Below, piece by piece: positions 9,897 through 18,068 of a DNA stretch of 64,000 bases. How positions within the stretch are numbered: the stretch's first letter is position 1; each line of letters begins with the position of its first letter. The DNA comes from a virus (lineage: Duplodnaviria; Heunggongvirae; Uroviricota; Caudoviricetes). The translations under genes were made by a program, and so were the position numbers. The notes beneath the pieces were generated by a model that saw only the letters and a list, made by a program, of their open reading frames with translations, was not told the origin of the DNA and made no database searches. Where the stretch lies: the IMG/VR virus record IMGVR_UViG_3300031963_006119; one strand, 5' to 3'.

Positions 9897-10202
9897 ATGA
9901 GTACTTTAGCAGATATCCAAATTGACGAAAAAATTAAACAGATCACTCAAGAGCCGGCCAAATACAAAGTTATTTTTATTAACGATGATGTTACCCCAAT
10001 TGAATGGGTAATAGAAGTTTTAGTGAAAACTTTTAAACATAGCCAAACTAGTGCAGAAGCACTTACACTTCAAATTCACAGCGAAGGTAGTGCAGTAGTT
10101 GGTATATACTCATACGAAATTGCAGAACAAAAAAGTGTAGAAACTACTGTAGCTTCAAGAGACAAGGGATTTCCCTTGCAGATTAGGTTAGAAAAAGAAT
10201 GA
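9897..10202 (+). CDS. clpS: ATP-dependent Clp protease adaptor ClpS
   Basis: YKVIFINDDVTPIEWVIEVL...A..L.L.IH.EG.AVVG matches ClpS core. Confidence 0.75.
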   Translation: MSTLADIQIDEKIKQITQEPAKYKVIFINDDVTPIEWVIEVLVKTFKHSQTSAEALTLQIHSEGSAVVGIYSYEIAEQKSVETTVASRDKGFPLQIRLEKE

Positions 10203-10771
10203 GCAATTTAAAAGAACTTACAAAAGAACAACATACAAATGCTGAACGCCAAGCATTTGTAAAAGTTATCGTAAGCGGTAAAATTAATCCCGAACTATAT
10301 GCCACATACTTGTGGAATCAACATAAAAAATATGATCTATTAGAAGCACTTGCAGGCGCACAAGGCCTACTCAGTGATTTACCAGATATCAGACGTAAAC
10401 TGAAAATTGAAGAAGATTTTGCAGAACTTTGGACAAAAGATGTTCAGCCAGTTATAGTACCTAGTACTATAGAATACATCAATCACATGCGAAACATAAT
10501 GATTGATGCTGACGCACTTATGGCACATATCTATGTACTACACATGGGAGATTTAAGCGGCGGCCAAATGATTGCAAAGATGGTTCCTGGTCAAGGTCGA
10601 ATGTATCAGTTCAATACAGACAAAGATAAGCTCAAAGAACTAATTAGAGCTAAGACAAAAGACAGCATGGCCGAAGAAGCAAAGTATGTATTTGAGTCAA
10701 GCACTAAATTATTTCAAGAACTAATGGAGTTAGACATTGAGCATTATTTGGAATCATCTGATCAAGTGTAA
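10199..10771 (+). CDS. heme oxygenase
   Basis: Heme oxygenase signature HMGDLSGGQMI and overall helical HO fold-length (190 aa). Confidence 0.65.
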   Translation: MSNLKELTKEQHTNAERQAFVKVIVSGKINPELYATYLWNQHKKYDLLEALAGAQGLLSDLPDIRRKLKIEEDFAELWTKDVQPVIVPSTIEYINHMRNIMIDADALMAHIYVLHMGDLSGGQMIAKMVPGQGRMYQFNTDKDKLKELIRAKTKDSMAEEAKYVFESSTKLFQELMELDIEHYLESSDQV

Positions 10772-11432
10772 AGACGACATCATAGCAGTTTTTGACCAAC
10801 AGGCTAATGAAGTACACGAAGATGGAATGGAACACTTTAATCAACCCGATTCAGGATGGATTAATAGGGTATGGTCTAATCAGTATGTACGCAGAGCTCA
10901 CATAGATGTAGTTGATGCTAGAGTCACTAAAGGTCTATGGATGATGCATGTATGCGTGTTTCCAGAACTAACCAACGGTGGACCTATATACGGCTTTGAT
11001 GTTATTGCCGGCAAAAATAAGATGACTGGAGCATTCCACGATTTTAGTCCGTCAAGCGGTGGTGCAGATCATCCTATGATATTAGGCTACAAAGATAGTG
11101 TAGAAAATTTTATTCCAAAAAAACAAAGAGAGTTGCCTCAGTGGGCTAAGAATATCTTTACAGACAAAATGTTAGCTGCCGGCAACGTAAACACCGAAGA
11201 AGAAGCAGTTGCAATTATAAACATAGCACTTAACAATCTTCATGCATATTTTGATGAAATCAGCGGATTCCAAAATACATGCGGTGTTGATGAAACCATC
11301 AAAGCACAGAATTGGTACTGTCACAATCAGCGACAGAATCCCCATACTCCTAACGTAATGAAAAGTTTAGGTTTAAATGAAGCAGACGTTGATAAGTTTT
11401 GCACAGACATGCTGTTCCCTAACATCGTATAA
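10737..11432 (+). CDS. ferredoxin-dependent bilin reductase (PebS/PcyA/PcyX-like); start uncertain
   Basis: Sits directly after heme oxygenase as in phage ho1-pebS/pcyX pairs. About 230 aa, right size. Overlaps HO 3' end so the real start may be Met at about 10827. Confidence 0.5.
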   Translation: MSIIWNHLIKCKDDIIAVFDQQANEVHEDGMEHFNQPDSGWINRVWSNQYVRRAHIDVVDARVTKGLWMMHVCVFPELTNGGPIYGFDVIAGKNKMTGAFHDFSPSSGGADHPMILGYKDSVENFIPKKQRELPQWAKNIFTDKMLAAGNVNTEEEAVAIINIALNNLHAYFDEISGFQNTCGVDETIKAQNWYCHNQRQNPHTPNVMKSLGLNEADVDKFCTDMLFPNIV

Positions 11433-11452
11433 ATATACAATAAGGATTTATT

Positions 11453-13099
11453 ATGCGATTTTACGACTTTGGAAAAACTATTGTACATGAAGCAGTTGAA
11501 TCTGATCTTGAAGCACAAAAAGCTATACACGATCTAGATACAATTGGCGTTTTTCTTGGAAATCTTCCTCCAGAAAAAGAAAATGTAAAAGCATCTGTTG
11601 CGACAAAATTAAAAAATTTGTCATCATCAATAAGTGCATTTTTAGCCAAAGCTAAGATACAAACTGCACAACCTGCACAACCTGCACCTGCACAACCTGC
11701 ACCTGCACAACCTGCACCTGCACAACCTGCACCTGCACCTGCTAGAATGTCTACAGAGAGTATTTTAGAAGCAGAAGGTGCTAGCAGCGCAATTATTTCT
11801 ACTATCGATACACTAAAGCAACAAATAAAGGCGGTTGAAGCTTCAGATATTGATGAGAAAATAAAGAAAAATTTTATTAAACCGTTTAGACAACAATTAG
11901 ACGCTTTAACTAAACAAGTGGAAGAACTCCAGTTAGCAAAAGACGATGCTGTACAAAAACAACAAGAAGCTGAAAGTTTTGTTAAAGAAGTAAGTGTTTA
12001 CCTTGTAGCTTTAGGAAACAAAGTACAAGGTTATCAAGAAGAAAATTTAGAAAAAATGTCTTCTAAAGAAAAAACACAGGCAAAGAAAAAAGCAGTAAAC
12101 GCAGCTGAATTTACAAAAACATTAAAACAAGCCTTGTTTGGAAAAATTGTAGATATTCAAGAAGAGGCCAACGCATCACCAATTGAGATTAAACAGTTCT
12201 TAGCAGCCTGCGTAAAAGGCGATGTAATTAACATGTTATCAGTTATCGGTACCGATCGCGGAAATATTAAAAACTATGTAAATCCTAAATATAAAAAATT
12301 GTTTGATATATTTGTAGAACAGAATATTTTTAGTTATTCGCCAGGTAAAACATCTGGGGCAATTGGCCCAGGAGAAATGGCCTTATCAATGATGGGAAAC
12401 CCAGCTGAGAAAGCTAAAAAAGGTGACTTAAAAGTAGGCGATGTTGAAGTAGAAATTAAGGCCAGTGCATCTACAGGCGGTAGATTAAACAGTAAGAGTA
12501 TTGCAAAAGCAACTGCGGGATGGGATCTTTGGAGGAAAGGTATTGCTAATATTGTAGCAACTGCTCCTAAGAACGCATCTATTTTTACTACTGACAAAAA
12601 AGGCGCTAGGGTAAAAGTTGCAGTTAACAAATTTAATGGCGATCAATACAACATTACAAACGGCAAAGCAAAATTAGGCAATAAGTACAATTGGAATCCA
12701 AAAGGGTTTCAGGCACTGAACGAAGAAGTACTCGAGCCATACAGTAATTTTGATAAAACATTTGAACTATTTCATACTACTATCAAATCACTAGTGTTAA
12801 ACTTTGATTCTATTAAAAATGCTGATAAATTAATTGCTTCAGCTGTTGAGCAAGACGGCACTGTAGATTGGATGAAAATGAATAGAGCCTATACTAAAAT
12901 AGCATACGAAAGCTATCACCTAGCAGACGGCATAACAACAATTATGTTTTTAAGAACAGATACTTTAGATTATAGTATTATTAAAGACGGTAATGACCTA
13001 GTTAAGAAATTAGGAAAGACTGTAACAATGGGTGCAGGATTTAACTGGAATGACGATCAACAAACTCCAACTCCAGGTTATATGGCAGCTAAGTCGTAA
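11453..13099 (+). CDS. hypothetical protein with PAQPA tandem repeats
   Basis: 15-bp nucleotide repeat CAACCTGCACCTGCA x5 (11671-11750) encoding (PAQPA)n linker; rest coiled-coil/Lys-rich. Confidence 0.5.
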   Translation: MRFYDFGKTIVHEAVESDLEAQKAIHDLDTIGVFLGNLPPEKENVKASVATKLKNLSSSISAFLAKAKIQTAQPAQPAPAQPAPAQPAPAQPAPAPARMSTESILEAEGASSAIISTIDTLKQQIKAVEASDIDEKIKKNFIKPFRQQLDALTKQVEELQLAKDDAVQKQQEAESFVKEVSVYLVALGNKVQGYQEENLEKMSSKEKTQAKKKAVNAAEFTKTLKQALFGKIVDIQEEANASPIEIKQFLAACVKGDVINMLSVIGTDRGNIKNYVNPKYKKLFDIFVEQNIFSYSPGKTSGAIGPGEMALSMMGNPAEKAKKGDLKVGDVEVEIKASASTGGRLNSKSIAKATAGWDLWRKGIANIVATAPKNASIFTTDKKGARVKVAVNKFNGDQYNITNGKAKLGNKYNWNPKGFQALNEEVLEPYSNFDKTFELFHTTIKSLVLNFDSIKNADKLIASAVEQDGTVDWMKMNRAYTKIAYESYHLADGITTIMFLRTDTLDYSIIKDGNDLVKKLGKTVTMGAGFNWNDDQQTPTPGYMAAKS

Positions 13100-13214
13100 A
13101 AATAAATTTCTTTCAGCCTATTATTGACCTAAGTTAATTAATTATTATTAACTAAGCATAGAATATTTCCTCACCTCTCGTTAAATAGTATAAGGGGTAA
13201 CCGAGGAGAGGGTC

Positions 13215-13661
13215 ATGAAATACATCACAGCATTGGGGGCAATGCTAGTGTTTGCAGGTAGTGCATTCGCTACAGAGCTAATACATAATTTTCAAAGTCC
13301 AGCCTTTATACCAGGCAATGGATTCAGTCAGCACGTCTTGTCAATCCATCAATTAGAAGAATCTAAAAAGAAAGAAATTAAGAGCGAAGAACTGGCTGCT
13401 ATAGCTAAGGCAGAAGCTGCTGCAAAACAAACAAATCTAAGTAAATTCCTTGTTAACGTAGAAGCACGTATCTACGCACAATTGTCTAAACAATTAGCAG
13501 ATCAAATGTTTGCTGAAGGTACAGGAACAAGCGGAACTATGGACTTTCAAGGAACTAATATCAGTTGGGTTAAATCGGCCACAGAAGTAACTCTAACTAT
13601 TATTGAGGCCAACGGTAGCCGAACAGAAATTACTGTACCTATAGCGAGCTTTGCATTTTAA
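13215..13661 (+). CDS. CsgF-like curli assembly protein
   Basis: Signal peptide then NFQSPAFIPGNGFSQ, matching the conserved CsgF N-terminal FQFxNPxF...G motif. About 130-aa mature size as for CsgF. Confidence 0.55.
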   Translation: MKYITALGAMLVFAGSAFATELIHNFQSPAFIPGNGFSQHVLSIHQLEESKKKEIKSEELAAIAKAEAAAKQTNLSKFLVNVEARIYAQLSKQLADQMFAEGTGTSGTMDFQGTNISWVKSATEVTLTIIEANGSRTEITVPIASFAF

Positions 13662-14908
13662 TGAAATTAATATTATCATTGTTACTTGTCACTGTTCTTT
13701 CAGGATGCGCCACCATACACATGGATGCGGCTAGGGAAGATGCTGTGGCTCTAACACCAAGAGAGAGTCTTACTAATAAAATACCACAGTTAGACGGTCC
13801 TCCAATGACCATTGCAGTTTACGGATTCACAGACAAGACAGGACAAATGAAACCTAATGATAGGTTAGCTGTGTTTTCAAAGGCAGTGACACAAGGATCT
13901 GAAGTATTTTTAATCAAAGCACTTCAAGACTCAAAAAATTGGTTTAAAGTTGTAGAGCGTGTGGGATTAGATAACCTTATTAAAGAGCGACAGTTGATAC
14001 GTAATCAACGCGAGGTTTATGAAGGTAAAGATGCTAGACCATTAAAGCCAATGACTGTGGCAGGAATTATGATCGAAGGTGGTATCATTGGCTACGACAG
14101 CAACATACGCAGTGGCGGCAACGGCGCACGATTCTTAGGTATTGGCGGAAGTCAACAATATCGTGTAGATGAAATTGTAATTAGTCTTAGACTAGTAAGT
14201 GTAAACAGTGGGGAAGTATTAATTTCTAATGCTGTGAGCAAAACTATCTATAGCACACAACATAACGTTGGCGTATTAAGATTTGTTGATGCTGGAACCA
14301 AAGCACTAGAATTAGAAAACGGGCAGGCTCTAAATGAACCTACAACATATGCTGTTCGTGTTGCTATAGAACAAGCAGTATATGACATGATCATTGAAGG
14401 CGAAAAGAAAGGAATGTGGAGATTTAAAAAATCTGTAACACAAGAAGTGCCTGTAGTAAAGGAGGAAAAGAAAGATGAGCTGGTTCAACCACAAACCTCA
14501 CAAGCACCCCAAGGAGCCCCAGAGCCCTTACCACCCGCACCGATCGAGCCCGTCAAGCAAGAAAGCAATGGAGCAAGCCAAACAGTCGAGCCCAAAGCAG
14601 AAAAAATAACAAGGATAGTTCCTATACAACCAGAACATTTAGTAGTTGTAGAAAAAGTAGAAACAAATACAAATACTGCTCCAGTAGTTAAGCCACCCGC
14701 TCAATTGTGGAGTTCTAGATATCTTAAAGAAGATTCGTTTGTATACAAAGAACCAAATGAAAAAAGTCAACGAACATGGCAATTGAAAAAGGGAACAGAA
14801 TTTAATATCATTTCTCCAGGTCCGGAGGGGTGGCATTATGTAGTAGACGCAGAGAAGCGTAAGGGGTATGTGCGAGCTGACGTGCTTTCAGAACACAGAC
14901 CAAAATGA
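13661..14908 (+). CDS. csgG: CsgG-family curli secretion channel lipoprotein with C-terminal Pro-rich linker and SH3b-like domain
   Basis: Lipobox LSGCAT. IMIEGGIIGYDSNIRSGGNGARFLGIGGSQQYRVDEIVISLRLVSVNSGEVL is near-identical in pattern to the E. coli CsgG core. Extra about 140 aa with PxP linker and W...GYV SH3b-like end. Confidence 0.8.
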   Translation: MKLILSLLLVTVLSGCATIHMDAAREDAVALTPRESLTNKIPQLDGPPMTIAVYGFTDKTGQMKPNDRLAVFSKAVTQGSEVFLIKALQDSKNWFKVVERVGLDNLIKERQLIRNQREVYEGKDARPLKPMTVAGIMIEGGIIGYDSNIRSGGNGARFLGIGGSQQYRVDEIVISLRLVSVNSGEVLISNAVSKTIYSTQHNVGVLRFVDAGTKALELENGQALNEPTTYAVRVAIEQAVYDMIIEGEKKGMWRFKKSVTQEVPVVKEEKKDELVQPQTSQAPQGAPEPLPPAPIEPVKQESNGASQTVEPKAEKITRIVPIQPEHLVVVEKVETNTNTAPVVKPPAQLWSSRYLKEDSFVYKEPNEKSQRTWQLKKGTEFNIISPGPEGWHYVVDAEKRKGYVRADVLSEHRPK

Positions 14909-14987
14909 GAGTTAAGCATAGGAGAAAGTCTTTATTAAACTTAAAATTAGATGCATTAACAAACATAACTTGCATCTGGAGCGAAAA

Positions 14988-15659
14988 ATGAAAAAAAGAA
15001 TCACAGGCGGTGGTAAGTTGTCGAGAAAAGTACTTACAATTCTAATGATGGCTGGAATGCTGTCATCGGGGGCGTGGGCCAACGATGTTTATGTTGATCA
15101 GATCGGTGATAATACATCTGTATCTATTACACAAACAGGAGCAGGCAACACAGTAAACGGTAATGTTGGTGGCAACGGCAACGTTGATGATGCTGCTATA
15201 ATTCGTGGCGATCTCAATAATGTAACTATAAGTCAAATTGGTGCTAGCAATACACTTAGTATGATTGTTAACAATGAATCTAATGGAACAGGATCTACCA
15301 TAGTAGTTTCAGCAGATGGTAGCAACAACAATCAAACTATCGGTTGTGGTACTGCATTAAGTTCAAGTTGTAATGCTAGTATTATTAGATCTGAAATTAC
15401 AGGTAATAGCAACAATACTATACAGACGTTAAGTGGTGGCGTTGTGCAGAGTAAAATTAATATTAATGGCGATTACAACAATGTAACACATACAGCATCA
15501 GGTGTAGGTTTACATAATGGAGAAATAACAGTTTCAGGCAGTGGCACTAATCAACTTGCCAATGCAGTGACACTAACACAGAGTGGAGTATTCGCTAAAA
15601 ATGCAGTTATTACCAGCAACGGTTCTAATAATAACGTTATTGTTACTCAGTCCGATTAA
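14988..15659 (+). CDS. secreted curlin-repeat (CsgA/CsgB-like) protein
   Basis: Signal peptide. Repeated Q-x-G-x-x-N-x-(x)5-x-Q units (DQIGDNTSVSITQTGAGNTVNG, ISQIGASNTLSM, TLTQSGVFAKNAVITSNGSNNNVIVTQ) resembling curlin repeats. Asn/Ser/Thr/Gly-rich. Confidence 0.55.
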   Translation: MKKRITGGGKLSRKVLTILMMAGMLSSGAWANDVYVDQIGDNTSVSITQTGAGNTVNGNVGGNGNVDDAAIIRGDLNNVTISQIGASNTLSMIVNNESNGTGSTIVVSADGSNNNQTIGCGTALSSSCNASIIRSEITGNSNNTIQTLSGGVVQSKININGDYNNVTHTASGVGLHNGEITVSGSGTNQLANAVTLTQSGVFAKNAVITSNGSNNNVIVTQSD

Positions 15660-16704
15660 TAGCTTTGCCGGTGTTGGTAAAGTTACTGAACAGACTGGGC
15701 CTACAGAAATTGTAAGGAATAAGAAAAGTATTCCTTCTAGTCTAAACACGGGTGTGGAGATGAATGACACCATCTCCACAGCTAAAGCCAAAGCTGAATT
15801 AACCTTTGAAGATAAAACTACAGTTAAACTTACAGAACACAGTAAAATGATCATAGATGATTTTGTCTATGATCCAAAAAAAGGTTCTGGTAAATTAGCC
15901 ATCAATATGGCCTTAGGCACAGCTCGTTATGCAAGCGGACAAATAGCAAAAAATAATCCGCAACAGGTTGCTATCAAAACACCTACCGCTACTATTGCTG
16001 TGCGAGGCACTGATTTTTCTATGACAGTAGATGAATTAGGACGCAGTCTTGTAGTACTACTTCCTAGTTGTTCTCCAAACGGAGGCTGTGTTACTGGTGC
16101 TATCGAAGTTAGAAATCTAGCAGGTGTTGTGATATTAGATGTACCATATCAAGCTACATTAGTTAACAGTGCTTACACAGTACCTACAGAACCTACAATT
16201 GTAAAATTAGACCAAGCAAACATTAACAACATGTTGATCATTAGCAAACCTAAAGAAGTTGCAGATACAGAACAGGCTGGCCTAGCTAAGAAAGAAAAAT
16301 CTATTTTAGATTTTAACGAACTAGATATCGATTTGTTAAAGTTTAGTGCATTAGATGAAAATTCTTTAGATAAAAAAAATGAGTTAGATAGAAATGATTT
16401 AAATGCAGACCTATTAGCATTTAATGAATTAAATGAACTTGATAGACAAAATGCTAGTTTGTTGAGCAATGAATTAGACAATCCAATATTACCAGGATAC
16501 TCAGCAAACAAACCATTAGGCTTGTTGTATTATTTTAATGATGATCAAACTAAGGTTACATTATACAAGGCAGGTACACACAATACCACAGCAACATTTG
16601 ATACAACAAAGAACATTACATTTACCTTAATTCAAGATGGGCAGACTATTATTCAAAACGTGAATAAAGGTAGTACCAGCACTCTTATTGTAACACAAAA
16701 TTAA
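15583..16704 (+). CDS. secreted FecR-domain protein (start uncertain, overlaps upstream gene by about 55-77 nt in another frame)
   Basis: Signal peptide LLPATVLIITLLLLSPINSFA. FecR-like beta region (..TTVKLTEHSKMIIDDFVY...GTARY...VAIKTPTATIAVRGTDFSM). C-terminal Asp/Leu/Asn repeat region. Confidence 0.5.
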   Translation: MEYSLKMQLLPATVLIITLLLLSPINSFAGVGKVTEQTGPTEIVRNKKSIPSSLNTGVEMNDTISTAKAKAELTFEDKTTVKLTEHSKMIIDDFVYDPKKGSGKLAINMALGTARYASGQIAKNNPQQVAIKTPTATIAVRGTDFSMTVDELGRSLVVLLPSCSPNGGCVTGAIEVRNLAGVVILDVPYQATLVNSAYTVPTEPTIVKLDQANINNMLIISKPKEVADTEQAGLAKKEKSILDFNELDIDLLKFSALDENSLDKKNELDRNDLNADLLAFNELNELDRQNASLLSNELDNPILPGYSANKPLGLLYYFNDDQTKVTLYKAGTHNTTATFDTTKNITFTLIQDGQTIIQNVNKGSTSTLIVTQN

Positions 16705-16719
16705 CTAGTAGGTTTAGAA

Positions 16720-16750
16720 ATAAAAAACCCGCCAGGCGGGTTTTTTATGG
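16720..16750 (+). terminator. rho-independent terminator
   Basis: AAAAACCCGCC-AGG-CGGGTTTTTT. Confidence 0.7.
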
Positions 16751-16762
16751 TAAATACTTCAT

Positions 16763-17317
16763 ATGAAAATACTTGAAATAATCCAAGAAGCAGAAGCTAG
16801 CGACGATGAATTGCGTCAGCGGTACGGTGACTTTGATCCAGAAGATAAGCCAATGTTGCCTACTACTAAAGTTGGTGGAGCGCCGGCACCGACGCTATGG
16901 ACTGCATACGAAGCTATTCAAGATATATTAGGTAGAAGTCGAGTAACAGACGACGATGATGACTTAGAGCCCGGCATGTATTATGTCTACCCCAGTAACG
17001 AAACACCAATGTTTAAAGATACCGAAGAATCTGGCCCTGGCGGCAGTATTAATATTCCAAATTTAGAAAGCAAGGCTGCTCGTGATGTTGCGATTGCAGC
17101 TCACGAAGCATGTCATGCTTATGTACACGATCGTACAAAAGGTAGCGGGCGTGTTTATGCTAATGAAAAGATTATTAATAATCTAGCAGAGAAGTGGTTA
17201 CGTAAACATCTAAGCGGCACAGCATTACACGTTGCACTAGAAACTATCACAGGCAGTCGTATTAGTTATGGTAAGGATTACATGCCTAAAGGTCCAACAT
17301 CGGACAAAAGAAAATGA
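16763..17317 (+). CDS. hypothetical protein
   Basis: ORF after terminator; HEACHAY motif could be a metalloprotease-like HExxH, unverified. Confidence 0.45.
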   Translation: MKILEIIQEAEASDDELRQRYGDFDPEDKPMLPTTKVGGAPAPTLWTAYEAIQDILGRSRVTDDDDDLEPGMYYVYPSNETPMFKDTEESGPGGSINIPNLESKAARDVAIAAHEACHAYVHDRTKGSGRVYANEKIINNLAEKWLRKHLSGTALHVALETITGSRISYGKDYMPKGPTSDKRK

Positions 17318-17778
17318 AAATAAATGAACTAATGGCGGCAACTTCAGTGCCGTGGAAATGGACTTATCGCAGTGAGCGTCAGGCCACTGCTGAATTTACT
17401 GTGGGCAATGTGCTGTATGAATTCAAAGCAAAGAATTCAGAATACGATCATGTAGATGCAGACCGTGATGTAGTAGGCTACGATGATGAAGAAGAAAATG
17501 AAGAAGTTGACTACCGTGGTTACTGGGAAATTAGTTTTAACGGTGACGGCAAAACTAGCATGACCGGAACTGGTAACTCCGCACAAGTTATATCAGCTAT
17601 CACTGCTATAATAAAAGATTTCTTAATAACATACGACGATAAGATTCAAGTGATAGAATATGATGTACAAGGGTCTAGCGGTAGGGCAGGAGTATATGGT
17701 CGTATTTTTAATAAGCTGTTGCCAAATTGGACACAAGAAGATGGCTCACTACACGATGTGGAGGTAAAAAGACCATGA
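17314..17778 (+). CDS. hypothetical acidic protein
   Basis: ATGA overlap with previous gene. Confidence 0.45.
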   Translation: MKINELMAATSVPWKWTYRSERQATAEFTVGNVLYEFKAKNSEYDHVDADRDVVGYDDEEENEEVDYRGYWEISFNGDGKTSMTGTGNSAQVISAITAIIKDFLITYDDKIQVIEYDVQGSSGRAGVYGRIFNKLLPNWTQEDGSLHDVEVKRP

Positions 17779-18068
17779 GAAAAATATTATTAATTTTATT
17801 AGTTTGTTTGTCTAGCACAGTCAATGCACAATTTAGATATGATTATCCCTTGTTGTGTGACAGTACTGAAAAGATCATAAAAAGCCTTGGGGAAAATTAT
17901 AAAGAAATATTAACCTGGGGCGGAAAGCATTCTAGTGATAATAGTGCCTACAGTTTATGGATCAATGAAAAAGAAGGATCTTGGACATTACTTAAAATGA
18001 CTCCTGAAACTAGTTGCATACTAGGAGTAGGCACAGAATCTAAAATTAAACTAGGTACGTCAATATAA
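17775..18068 (+). CDS. small secreted protein
   Basis: Signal peptide MRKILLILLVCLSSTVNA; internal Met start overlapping upstream stop. Confidence 0.45.
   Translation: MRKILLILLVCLSSTVNAQFRYDYPLLCDSTEKIIKSLGENYKEILTWGGKHSSDNSAYSLWINEKEGSWTLLKMTPETSCILGVGTESKIKLGTSI

Noticed and set aside
11671-11750. 15-bp tandem nucleotide repeat CAACCTGCACCTGCA x5 that could look like a CRISPR array or satellite
   Set aside because: It lies in-frame inside ORF 11453-13099 and encodes a (PAQPA)n linker. Repeats are contiguous with no spacers.
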